Source: a bacterium
Lineage (GTDB): Bacteria; JAMOTN01
DNA length: 34,433 nt
Assembly: GCA_027062325.1 (NCBI GenBank)
Contig: JAMOTN010000044.1
Coordinates: 1-34,433, forward strand
Reading direction: 5' to 3'
A program made the position numbers and the translations under genes. Shown in pieces: positions 1 through 10,174 of the stretch (the first letter of the stretch is position 1; the number at the start of each line of letters is the position of its first letter). A model generated the notes under the pieces. It saw only the letters and a list, made by a program, of their open reading frames with translations. It made no database searches and was not told where the DNA came from.

Positions 1-39
1 GGGGTTTTTGTTTTGGATTTAATTGAGTAGAATTGAACT

Positions 40-1657
40 TGAGGTGAGCAATTAATGGTTTTTATAGGGCGCGAGCGCGAGATAGGTTGGATGAGGCTGT
101 ATTTGGAACATGAGGCGAATAAGATTTTGGCGGTGACGGGCAAGGCGAACTGCGGCAAAACTGCGCTTATGCAGGAAGTGATGAAAAGGCTTGGTGCGAC
201 GCACACGTTTTTTTATCTTGATTTGCGATTGCTTGATGTATCAGCCCCAGAAGATTTTGTGAAGGTTTTGTTGTATCTACTACGCCTTGCACGCCGCGAG
301 CAGAATTTTATAAGGAGGCTGTTCAACGGAAGCAAGTTTGAGTTTAGTGTGATGGGGTTTAAAGTGTCAAGGGATGTGAAGTTTGAGGATGTATTGCAGG
401 AGCTTTATCTTGCGTTGATAGAGGAGTTAAAGAAGGTGAAAACTCCTGTGATAGTGGTTGATGAGCTGCAGAGTTTAAGAGAACTTTATTACAACGGAGG
501 GAAAAAGCTTATAGACAGCGTATTGGAATTTTTCATTTCGATCACGAAGCACCAGCACTTAGCGCACGTAATTGTTCTTACCTCAGACAGCACGTTTTAT
601 GCGGAACTTTATTCGAAATCTGGGATGCACGAGAGGATGAAGTTTTACTTGCTGGATGAACTGGATCGTGCGGAGGCAATGGAGCTTATTTGTTATTACT
701 GCGAAGAATACGAGGTGGATATTAAGCCGGAACGGATTTATCGCTACACAGGTGGGAATCCTGCGTTGATAGAGACGGTGGTATCAGAGGCAGCGCGTCT
801 TGGTTTTAGGAAAGCGGTTGAGTTGAAGAAAGGATATTTGAAGGATTACATAGCGACGTATGCGGAGGAGAAGAAGCTTGAGTTGAAGGAGTTGGAGAAG
901 CTGAGGAAGGAGGAAGGACAAGCGTGGGTAGATGCGAATGTGTTGTTTTACAATGTAGAGACTGCGGAGTTTGAGTTTCAGCACCGGATGATGGAGCTAG
1001 CGTGGAATGAGTTGCTGGGTGAGTCCTGATGGTGTCTATCGGCCACCCCCTTCATCACTCCTGCTGCTTGTGAGGTGAAAATTAATGGTGTTTATAGGGC
1101 GCGAGCGTGAGATAGGTTGGATGAGGCTGTATTTGGAACATGAGGCGAATAAGATTTTGGCGGTGACGGGCAAGGCGAACTGCGGCAAAACTGCGCTTAT
1201 GCAGGAAGTGATGAAAAGGCTTGGTGCGACGCACACGTTTTTTTACCTTGATTTGCGATTGCTTGATGTATCAGCCCCAGAAGATTTTGTGAAGGTTTTG
1301 TTGTATCTACTACGCCTTGCACGCCGCGAGCAGAATTTTATAAGGAGGCTGTTCAACGGAAGCAGGTTTGAGTTTAGTGTGATGGGGTTTAAAGTGTCAA
1401 GGGATGTGAAGTTTGAGGATGTATTGCAGGAGCTTTATCTTGCGTTGATAGAGGAGTTAAAGAAGGTGAAAAATCCTGTGATAGTGGTTGATGAGCTGCA
1501 GAGTTTAAGAGAACTTTATTACAACGGGGGGAAAAAGCTTATAGACAGCGTATTGGAGTTTTTTATCTCACTCACGAAACACCAGCACTTAGCGCACGTC
1601 ATTGTCCTTACCTCAGACAGCACGTTTTATGCGGAGCTTTATTCGAAATCTGGGATG
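40..1657 (+). repeat. Direct repeat of ~590 bp (about 40-627 and 1070-1657, offset 1030) covering the RBS and 5' part of both ATPase genes
   Basis: Manual alignment gave about 6 mismatches over 55-527 and about 9 more over 528-627, followed by sharp divergence. Confidence 0.95.
55..1029 (+). CDS. Archaeal-type P-loop ATPase (ATPase_2/AAA-like), copy 1
   Basis: N-terminal FIGRERE motif, Walker A GKANCGKT, Walker B IVVDELQ and late TGGNP motif, all typical of archaeal ATPase/STAND-like proteins. SD GAGGTGA upstream. Confidence 0.85.
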   Translation: MVFIGREREIGWMRLYLEHEANKILAVTGKANCGKTALMQEVMKRLGATHTFFYLDLRLLDVSAPEDFVKVLLYLLRLARREQNFIRRLFNGSKFEFSVMGFKVSRDVKFEDVLQELYLALIEELKKVKTPVIVVDELQSLRELYYNGGKKLIDSVLEFFISITKHQHLAHVIVLTSDSTFYAELYSKSGMHERMKFYLLDELDRAEAMELICYYCEEYEVDIKPERIYRYTGGNPALIETVVSEAARLGFRKAVELKKGYLKDYIATYAEEKKLELKELEKLRKEEGQAWVDANVLFYNVETAEFEFQHRMMELAWNELLGES

Positions 1658-2062
1658 GAGAAGCGGATGAGGTTTTATTTGCTGGATGAGTTGCAACGCG
1701 AAGAGGCGATGGAACTTATCCGATACTGGAGCAGGGAGTATGATGTGGAGCTTGATCCTGAAGGTGTTTACAACTACACAGGGGGGAATCCTGCTTTGAT
1801 AGAGGATATAGTGGCTAAGGTGGCGCTTTATGGGGAGTTTGAAGATGTGGTAAAAGATGAGTTGAGGATGGCAAGTGCGAAGATAAAACGTCTAATCAAG
1901 AAAGGTTTTAGTTTCAAGAGGATAGAGGAGATGGAGTATGAAGAGGGTCAAGAATGGGTGGAAGAGAATGTGCTGTTTTACAACGTGCAGAAGGAGTGCT
2001 TTGAGCCACAGCACCGGATAATTGAATTGGCGTGGGGGGAAGTGTTAAAGGTAAGAAAATAG
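1085..2062 (+). CDS. Archaeal-type P-loop ATPase (ATPase_2/AAA-like), copy 2
   Basis: Same motifs as copy 1. The first ~190 aa are nearly identical to copy 1 and the C-terminal ~130 aa diverge. Confidence 0.85.
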   Translation: MVFIGREREIGWMRLYLEHEANKILAVTGKANCGKTALMQEVMKRLGATHTFFYLDLRLLDVSAPEDFVKVLLYLLRLARREQNFIRRLFNGSRFEFSVMGFKVSRDVKFEDVLQELYLALIEELKKVKNPVIVVDELQSLRELYYNGGKKLIDSVLEFFISLTKHQHLAHVIVLTSDSTFYAELYSKSGMEKRMRFYLLDELQREEAMELIRYWSREYDVELDPEGVYNYTGGNPALIEDIVAKVALYGEFEDVVKDELRMASAKIKRLIKKGFSFKRIEEMEYEEGQEWVEENVLFYNVQKECFEPQHRIIELAWGEVLKVRK

Positions 2063-2247
2063 GAAGGAAATTCCTGAGCGGAAGTACTAGCAAAATATTC
2101 AACTTTTAATTAAATAACAAGTTTTACTTACTTAGCTTTCTTTTAGCTTTTTTATTTGAATTTGTTGTGCTTAATTAAAATTTTAGCTTGAAGGATAAAC
2201 GTTTGGAATTTATTTTTTTAATTTTAGAATTTATTTCCTTACGCGAG

Positions 2248-2277
2248 TTGACAGTGGAGTGAAAGGTGTGTTATATT
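2248..2277 (+). promoter_or_regulatory. Sigma70-type promoter of groESL
   Basis: TTGACA (2248-2253), 18 nt spacer, and TGn-TATATT extended -10 (2269-2277). Confidence 0.75.
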
Positions 2278-2302
2278 AGCAGCAGAAAATAGTGATTGCT
2301 AA
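2276..2302 (+). promoter_or_regulatory. Degenerate CIRCE operator (HrcA site)
   Basis: TTAGCAgca-N9-GAtTGCTAA versus consensus TTAGCACTC-N9-GAGTGCTAA. It has the exact 9-nt spacer, overlaps the -10/+1 region of groES, and hrcA is nearby. Confidence 0.8.
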
Positions 2303-2334
2303 TATAAAAAATAGAAGATTAGGAGGTGGGAGTT

Positions 2335-2646
2335 ATGGCAATGGAACTTACTGGAATTAAGATAAAGCCTCTTGGTGACAGAGTTTTGGTACGCATTGAA
2401 AAACAAGAAAAAACTACTAAAAGTGGCCTTGTAATTCCTGATACTGCTCAAGAAAAGCCTCAAATAGGTACTGTTGTTGCAGTTGGAACTGGCCGTATGT
2501 TGGAGAATGGTCAGACACTTCCAATTGAGGTTAAGGTTAATGACAAGGTTATCTTCTCTAAGTACGCAGGTACCGAAGTAAAAATTGATGAGGTAGAGCA
2601 TCTTCTTCTTTCGGTGGATGATATCTTGGCAGTTGTTGAAGGTTAA
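2335..2646 (+). CDS. groES: Co-chaperonin GroES
   Basis: IKPLGDRVLV, KTTKSGLVIPDTAQEKP, VGTGR and KYAGTEVK motifs. ATG at 2335 follows AGGAGGTG. Confidence 0.98.
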   Translation: MAMELTGIKIKPLGDRVLVRIEKQEKTTKSGLVIPDTAQEKPQIGTVVAVGTGRMLENGQTLPIEVKVNDKVIFSKYAGTEVKIDEVEHLLLSVDDILAVVEG

Positions 2647-2687
2647 ACAAGCGGTATTTGTTTGCTGTTTGGATAAAAAATAATTAG

Positions 2688-4316
<1,629 letters not shown>

Positions 4317-4331
4317 AGTTGAATATGAAGT

Positions 4332-4395
4332 AGGGCACCTGTTCAGTTTCCTTGCTGCTCCATTGGCAAGAGCTGGATGGGTGCCCTTTTTGTTT
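4332..4395 (+). terminator. Long hairpin, probable intrinsic terminator after groEL
   Basis: AGGGCACC/GGTGCCCT outer stem, G-U-rich middle stem and CTTGC/GCAAG inner stem, followed by a T-tract. Confidence 0.75.
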
Positions 4396-4495
4396 GCAAG
4401 AAAATCTTTGAAGTTGTTGTGGTTTCGAAAAGTTGGTGTTTAATTATGTTGGTGTTCAAATTGTTTGATTAAATTCTGATGGAGAGGGAAGGCTT

Positions 4496-5452
4496 ATGGG
4501 AGAGTTGAGGTTACTCTCGTCGGAGTTGAGCCAAAGAGAAGGGGAAGTTTTGTTAAGAGTTATAGAAGAGTATGTGAAAGGTAGAAATAGTGTGGGTTCT
4601 CGAGTTGTTGCTTCAACTCTTCCATATAGCTCTGCTACTGTAAGGAATGTTATGTCTGATTTGGAAAAAAAGGGTTTTTTGAGGCAGCTGCATGCAGTTA
4701 GTGGAAGGGTTCCAACTTTTAAAGCCCTTCTTCTATACCTTAACTCTGTCATAAGCCTTCCGGATGAAGTTGGAGAGGATGTCAGGGATGTAATAGAAAA
4801 GGTGGGAGTGGAACTTTTCTTTGAGATGGTGTTTTCGGAGGAATTAAGAGGAGTAGTGATAGCATTTGAAAAAATAGGAGTAGATGTTAATAGAATAAAA
4901 ATGGTGCCACTATCTAATAAAACCGTTATTGTGTTTGAGGGAAGAAAAGTTTTTGAAATTCCGGAGAAATTGCCAAATGAATTGATAAATAGGATAGTGA
5001 ATTTGTTTAAAGTTTTACAGTTATCGGATGCTATGAGAGAGATGGGAAGAATTTCATGGCAGATTTTTAAACTGTTTGAAGAGTTTGTTGATAATGCGTC
5101 GAATGTTGCTGATGTTCGTGTGAGAGGTTTTAAGAATATTGAAAATTTTGGAAATGCTGCGAGGACTGTGTTAAAGGTAATAGATGAAGCGCTTAAAAAT
5201 CCTGTGATTAAAGGTTTTGTACCGGGAGCTTTTGGTTTTAAATATGCGGATGATGAGTGTTTATGCATAATGGATGTTGATTTTCCGGGAGGAAAGAGGT
5301 TGAGAGTAGTTTTACCATATTGGACAAATTGGTATAAAATTGGACAGTATTTTGCTGAGTTGGCAAAGTTGATGGATAGTTTTAAACTTAGAGAGAGTCT
5401 TGAGTTGAAAAGAAAGAGTAAAGTGTCGTTAAGTTTTTATGATTTTGCTTAA
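4496..5452 (+). CDS. hrcA: Heat-inducible transcription repressor HrcA (divergent C-terminal part)
   Basis: N-terminal winged helix LSQREGEVLLRVIEEYV...VGSR...SSATVRNVMSDLEKKGFLRQLHAVSGRVPT. It lies directly upstream of grpE. Confidence 0.88.
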   Translation: MGELRLLSSELSQREGEVLLRVIEEYVKGRNSVGSRVVASTLPYSSATVRNVMSDLEKKGFLRQLHAVSGRVPTFKALLLYLNSVISLPDEVGEDVRDVIEKVGVELFFEMVFSEELRGVVIAFEKIGVDVNRIKMVPLSNKTVIVFEGRKVFEIPEKLPNELINRIVNLFKVLQLSDAMREMGRISWQIFKLFEEFVDNASNVADVRVRGFKNIENFGNAARTVLKVIDEALKNPVIKGFVPGAFGFKYADDECLCIMDVDFPGGKRLRVVLPYWTNWYKIGQYFAELAKLMDSFKLRESLELKRKSKVSLSFYDFA

Positions 5453-5507
5453 ATTATATGGTTGCTAGTACTAAAGAATAGAATACTAAAGGATAGGGGG
5501 AATAGGT

Positions 5508-6308
5508 ATGGAATTTGAGAGGTTGGAGAAAATTTTGCGAGAAGAAGAGTTTAAGGCTATTTTAAAGGGGTTAGAGCTTTTCTTCTCAGATGTGGCTGAG
5601 GACAAGATAAAAGAGGAGTTTGCAGAATTCGTGAATTTTTTAAAGGAAAAGCTTAGTTATTCCGAAGAAAGTGTCTCGAGTGAAAATTCGAAAGAAAGTG
5701 AGGGTTCCCAAGATTCTGGAGTAGAAGTTGAAGAAACTGGTGGGGAGGATAGCGACGTAGAAAAAGTAGAAAATTTTGAAAATTACCTAGAAAATCCAGT
5801 ATTTTTAAGTACAGCATTTACAGCTTATCTGGCTCAGAAAACTATAAGCACTTTAAGTTCGGAGCTTGTAAAATTGAAGCGACAGGTTTCATTTCTTGAA
5901 GATAGAGCTCGTAGCTATGCTGAGGCTGTTCAGAGTTTAAAGGATGAATTCAACCGTTTAAAGGAGCGACAAAAGAGGGAGATAGAGGAAATAAAGAAGA
6001 GGGCAGAAGTGGATTTGATAGAGGCAATTTTACCGGTTCTTGACTCTATGCAGATGGCCTTAGAGCATGGAATAGATGAAGAGGGATTAAAAGTTATGCT
6101 GAGGCAATTTATTACGTCTCTTGAGAAAATGGGACTAGAAGAGGTTGGTAAGGAGGGAGAAGAGTTTGATCCAGAACTGCATGAAGCGGTGGGAAGGGAA
6201 GAAGCTCCAGATGAGAGTAGTGTGAATTTAATTGCTAAAGTTCACAGAAAAGGGTATAAATTCCGTGAAAAATTGCTCCGCCCTGCCTTGGTTGTCGTTT
6301 ATGTGTAG
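5508..6308 (+). CDS. grpE: Nucleotide exchange factor GrpE with N-terminal extension
   Basis: ILPVLDS, GEEFDPELHEAV and VHRKGYKFREKLLRPALVVV motifs. Confidence 0.93.
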   Translation: MEFERLEKILREEEFKAILKGLELFFSDVAEDKIKEEFAEFVNFLKEKLSYSEESVSSENSKESEGSQDSGVEVEETGGEDSDVEKVENFENYLENPVFLSTAFTAYLAQKTISTLSSELVKLKRQVSFLEDRARSYAEAVQSLKDEFNRLKERQKREIEEIKKRAEVDLIEAILPVLDSMQMALEHGIDEEGLKVMLRQFITSLEKMGLEEVGKEGEEFDPELHEAVGREEAPDESSVNLIAKVHRKGYKFREKLLRPALVVVYV

Positions 6309-6395
6309 TTATGCTATAGTAGTTGTTCCTGCTATAGTGTATATGCTTAGGTAATCGAAACAATAGATATACCGTGAATAAAGGCATAAAAAAGC

Positions 6396-6418
6396 AGCCC
6401 CCTAAACAGGGGGCTTTT
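6396..6418. terminator. Bidirectional intrinsic terminator
   Basis: AGCCCCCT-AAAC-AGGGGGCT with an upstream A-tract and downstream T-tract, between the convergent grpE and MCP genes. Confidence 0.85.
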
Positions 6419-6472
6419 ACTATTTTCATTGTTTTGTTGGGATTTTAAATGCTACACCTTGTTGTGCTTAAA

Positions 6473-8014
6473 TTATATATCCATCATCTTCAACTTAGCT
6501 ACTTTATCAGCAAGATTTTCCACTTCACGTTTTGTTGAATCCACATGACTTGCAATTTCTTTTGTAGCATTTGAATTGAGTTTGACTTGCTCTGTCAACT
6601 CAAGAATATTTTCAAGTATACTGCTTGCTGCTTCTACTCCTTGATTAACAGCGCTTGCAACTTGAGATATGCTGAGCTGTATAGAATTAAACTGATTGCG
6701 AACTTCACTAAACATTGAAAGAGTTGTATTCAAATTTTCCAATTCATTCTTGTTTTCTTGAACGTAGGAGTAAATGCCTTCGCCTACTTCATTGCTTACT
6801 GTCACAATATTTGAAATTATTTGATTTATTTCTTTAACTTGCTTTGCAGTGTTATCAGATAATTTGCGGATTTCATCTGCTACAACTGCGAATCCTTTAC
6901 CTGCTTCTCCTGCACGGGCTGCTTCAATCGCAGCATTAAGAGCCAGCAGGTTTGTTTTAGATGCTATGTTGGAGATTATAATTACAGCTTGTTTTATTTT
7001 TGAGACGGCAACGTTTAATTCATTGGCTGATGAATGAAGATTTTCCAATTTTGGCAATCCTTGATTATTTGACCATTCAACCAAAGAAGTTAAATTTCTA
7101 AAGGATGTATCTACAACTTCAGCAAATTTATCAGTTAGTAATTTTATTTGATTGAGATTTTGATTAACTTCTTTTAATCCCATGTTTAGTTCTTCTACTG
7201 CGCTTGCTATGTTTTCAGCATTAGCAAGGGATTTATTTGCTCTATTTTTCATTGTAGAGGTAAGGTCAGCAATTTTATTCATTGAATTTTGAATCTCCAA
7301 GATGATTTTCCTTGTCTCAGAGAATAGCCAATTTATGTGAACCACAAACTCTTTGAGAGTTTGTGCAACTTTTCCTACAACTCCCTTTTCAAGTTGTGTA
7401 TTCCACCTCAAATCATTTTTGTCTTCAACTAACGCAAAGACTTCATTGATGAACTGTGTCATATCTGAGAAAATGCGATTTAAACTCATTACGGCTACTA
7501 TACTGCTGCCAATCAAGAATATAAATAACAGTGCAAAGAGATATTTGAAATTCTCTTTCATATTAGCAGAGGTAATTAGTTTAGGATTTATGCCAACAAA
7601 GAAGTTTTTTTCTTTTGGATGTGATACTGCAAGTATTTCCATCTTTAAATTTGGAATGGAAATTAAATAAACGTTTTTCTTACTAGGATACTTCATTATT
7701 ATGCATTTTTTACCTATAGTCTCTTTGTAATTCGAATTTTTAACTACTTTATCTGCTATATTAAACCAATAAATTGCCTTTTCTTTATTTGTTTTAAAAT
7801 TAAGAATGAGTATCTTTTTAAGATCAGTAGGTGTGAATCTTTCTGTGAGTGTATTTAAGGTGTGGATTACGAATGATATTGTATGCTGCTTGTCCAAGTA
7901 CATGAATACCCATGCTACAATTGTGAAGACGATCAATGCAGCTCCAAATGTAGAAAGTAGGACATTCCTTTTTAATCTACTCAATTCCTCAGAGACTCGG
8001 TTTCTTTCGTTCAT
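6473..8014 (-). CDS. Methyl-accepting chemotaxis protein
   Basis: Two TM segments flank a ~115 aa periplasmic domain. Signalling hairpin [47 protein letters not shown]. Confidence 0.95.
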   Translation of the reverse strand: MNERNRVSEELSRLKRNVLLSTFGAALIVFTIVAWVFMYLDKQHTISFVIHTLNTLTERFTPTDLKKILILNFKTNKEKAIYWFNIADKVVKNSNYKETIGKKCIIMKYPSKKNVYLISIPNLKMEILAVSHPKEKNFFVGINPKLITSANMKENFKYLFALLFIFLIGSSIVAVMSLNRIFSDMTQFINEVFALVEDKNDLRWNTQLEKGVVGKVAQTLKEFVVHINWLFSETRKIILEIQNSMNKIADLTSTMKNRANKSLANAENIASAVEELNMGLKEVNQNLNQIKLLTDKFAEVVDTSFRNLTSLVEWSNNQGLPKLENLHSSANELNVAVSKIKQAVIIISNIASKTNLLALNAAIEAARAGEAGKGFAVVADEIRKLSDNTAKQVKEINQIISNIVTVSNEVGEGIYSYVQENKNELENLNTTLSMFSEVRNQFNSIQLSISQVASAVNQGVEAASSILENILELTEQVKLNSNATKEIASHVDSTKREVENLADKVAKLKMMDI

Positions 8015-8151
8015 ACTGCACCCTCCTTATGTGTTTTATTTTTTTACTAAGTAGTTTTAACCACAACTAAAGTATAAATAAAACATATTGTAAAATAAAG
8101 CGTTGGGGATAAAATTTTTATTGAAGATGAATAATATTAGGTGGTGGGAAT

Positions 8152-9177
8152 ATGGTAAAGGATTACTATTCAATTTTAGGAGTATCCCGTGATGCTACCC
8201 AAGAGGAGATAAAGAGGGCTTTCAAAAGGCTTGCAAGAAAATATCATCCTGATGTTTCAGACGATCCTAATGCTGAGGAGAAGTTTAAAGAAATTGTAGA
8301 GGCTTATCAGGTTTTGTCGGATCCAGAAAAGCGCCGTCAATACGACTCTGGTGGAAGTTTTTCTTTTGATTTTTCTACGGATTTTGGATTTGATATATTC
8401 GACATATTTGACTCGTTTTTTTCAGACTTTGACCTCTTCTCTTCTAGGAGAGGTTCGAGAAAGCAGATTGTGGATGTGGCAGTTGATGTGGTGGATTTGT
8501 ATTTTGAAAGAGAGGTAGAAGTTGATGTTGAATTGAAGAGGAGTTGCGAGCGTTGTAAAGGTAGCGGTTATGAGAGTTTTGAAGTGTGTAAGTACTGCGG
8601 AGGAAGAGGAGCGGTTGAAGTAACTAGAGGATTTTTTAGATTTGTTAGCACGTGTTCACGGTGTGGGGGAACTGGTAGAGTTGGAAAGGATATGTGTTCA
8701 GAATGTAATGGTAGAGGGTACAAGTTGGAAAAGAAAAGGGTGCGGTTGAAGTTGTATAGAAGTATGATTGAGGGAGAAGTTTACGATTACGGAGATTTTT
8801 TGGTAAGACTTACGCTGAAACAACGTCCAAATTTTGAAAAAAAAGGTCAGATATTCTATGTGCATGTTCCGGTGAGTCCATTTGAATTTGTTGATGGAAA
8901 GGCTAAAATTGTGAAAATAGGTAATCTTAGCTTTAGTATCGATGTGAGAAAAGCCAATCCCATAGATCAGGTAAAACTTGATGATAATTTGTATGCACTT
9001 GTTTATCTCTATATAGATGAAAATGTAGAAAAGGTGTTGAAAAAGGTAAAGTCTGAAGAGAAGAATTCAAATACTGCTGAAGAAATTGTTGTTGAAAAAC
9101 GGGAAGAAGACTCAGAAGAAAAAAGTGGCTGGTTTGATAATGTAAAAGCATTTTTAAAGAAATTGCTGGCTTCGTGA
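8152..9177 (+). CDS. dnaJ: DnaJ-family chaperone (J-domain plus zinc finger)
   Basis: [12 protein letters not shown] motif, DIF motifs and four CxxCxGxG repeats. The C-terminal domain is divergent. Confidence 0.88.
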   Translation: MVKDYYSILGVSRDATQEEIKRAFKRLARKYHPDVSDDPNAEEKFKEIVEAYQVLSDPEKRRQYDSGGSFSFDFSTDFGFDIFDIFDSFFSDFDLFSSRRGSRKQIVDVAVDVVDLYFEREVEVDVELKRSCERCKGSGYESFEVCKYCGGRGAVEVTRGFFRFVSTCSRCGGTGRVGKDMCSECNGRGYKLEKKRVRLKLYRSMIEGEVYDYGDFLVRLTLKQRPNFEKKGQIFYVHVPVSPFEFVDGKAKIVKIGNLSFSIDVRKANPIDQVKLDDNLYALVYLYIDENVEKVLKKVKSEEKNSNTAEEIVVEKREEDSEEKSGWFDNVKAFLKKLLAS

Positions 9178-9203
9178 GCATGTCTACAGGATTGTATTTT
9201 GAC

Positions 9204-9233
9204 TTGAATTGGCAATTGGTAAAGTGTTAAAAT
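9204..9233 (+). promoter_or_regulatory. Probable sigma70 promoter for the tRNA/tadA cluster
   Basis: TTGAAT, 18 nt spacer, TGn-TAAAAT, about 65 nt upstream of tRNA-Ser. Confidence 0.5.
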
Positions 9234-9299
9234 TAAAATGTCCGAATGGATAGTGATAATGCAATTGTGCTTGGTAGATTGCAAGCGCCTTCAAGATGC

Positions 9300-9388
9300 G
9301 GAGAGGTGGCCGAGCGGCCGAAGGCGCTCGCCTGCTAAGCGAGAGGGCGGGTAACACCGCCCCGAGGGTTCGAATCCCTCCCTCTCCG
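9300..9388 (+). tRNA. tRNA-Ser(GCT)
   Basis: GGAGAGG/CCTCTCC acceptor stem, CTCGC-CTGCTAA-GCGAG anticodon arm, long variable arm and TTCGAAT T-loop. CCA is not encoded. Confidence 0.97.
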
Positions 9389-9444
9389 CTCTTTTTATTT
9401 TTACCTACCTTTGGGTTTTGTGATTCTTACAGCAAATTTTTAAA

Positions 9445-9518
9445 GCGCCCGTAGCTCAACTGGATAGAGCGTGGGACTACGGATCCCAAGGTTGCAGGTT
9501 CGACTCCTGCCGGGCGCG
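9445..9518 (+). tRNA. tRNA-Arg(ACG)
   Basis: GCGCCCG/CGGGCGC acceptor stem, TGGGA-CTACGGA-TCCCA anticodon arm and TTCGACT T-loop. CCA is not encoded. Confidence 0.97.
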
Positions 9519-9558
9519 TTTGTTGTGCTTATTTTTATCACATTTGCAGTGAGAGAGG

Positions 9559-10116
9559 TTGGATATTTTGGAAAGTCCCAAAAATTCGCTTTTTTATTTT
9601 AAAGCTGCTTATAAAGCTGCCTTGAAGGCTTTCGAATTGCGGGAAGTTCCAATAGGAGCTGTCGCTGTGTATGAGGGAAGAATTGTGTCCATTGCGTATA
9701 ATTTACGAGAGACTCTATTAGATCCAACGGCTCATGCTGAAATTGTGCTAATAAGGAGAGTTTCTAACATTTTGAAGCGCTGGAAATTGGTGGATGTTGA
9801 TGTGTTCGTTACGTTGGAGCCGTGTTTGATGTGTGCTTCTGCTTTGAAAACTGCCCGAGTCAGGAGCGTTTATTTTCCTACCCTTGAGCCAAGATTTGGT
9901 GCTGTTTTTTCAAATGTTTCTTTAGCTTCTCTTGAGAAAGAGCATCCATATCATCACTTGGTTGAATGGCGGTTAATAGACGATGAGAGGTTGAAGAGGC
10001 TGACTGGGGAGTTGCTGCGACTATTTTTTAAAGCTAGGAGAGGCAAGGTTGATTTTGAAAGGGCTTTAGGAGAAGCAAGAGATTTGTTTGAAGAAACTTT
10101 TAGGAATTTCAGTTAA
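9559..10116 (+). CDS. tadA: tRNA adenosine(34) deaminase TadA
   Basis: EVPIGAV, DPTAHAE, VTLEPCLMC and LLRLFFKARR motifs. The TTG start is uncertain. Confidence 0.92.
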   Translation: MDILESPKNSLFYFKAAYKAALKAFELREVPIGAVAVYEGRIVSIAYNLRETLLDPTAHAEIVLIRRVSNILKRWKLVDVDVFVTLEPCLMCASALKTARVRSVYFPTLEPRFGAVFSNVSLASLEKEHPYHHLVEWRLIDDERLKRLTGELLRLFFKARRGKVDFERALGEARDLFEETFRNFS

Positions 10117-10174
10117 AAGAGGTTGCGGATGTTGCTACGTTGCAGTGGCTTGGGTTTAAGTGTAAAATTTAATT

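Noticed and set aside
1027-1087. TGA plus hairpin as selenocysteine or read-through fusion of the two ATPases
   Set aside because: The copies are offset by 1030 nt, which is not a multiple of 3, so read-through would be out of frame and soon hits a stop.
55-2062. ATPase repeat as a DGR template/variable repeat pair
   Set aside because: Mismatches are not adenine-specific, both copies are intact full genes, and no reverse transcriptase is in the window.
2131-2190. Three TTAGCTT repeats upstream of the groE promoter
   Set aside because: They are short, irregularly spaced and in very T-rich DNA. They are neither a CRISPR array nor a convincing operator.
4456-5268. 270-aa minus-strand ORF and other antisense ORFs in the track
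   Set aside because: They are shadows of well-supported + strand genes, with S/F/L-rich composition and no motifs.
5465-5489. CIRCE-like CTAGTACTA-N7-GAATACTAA before grpE
   Set aside because: The spacer is 7 rather than 9 nt and there are several core mismatches.
6391-6420. Hairpin as an IS200/IS605 end
   Set aside because: No tnpA or tnpB remnant is present, and a bidirectional terminator explains it fully.
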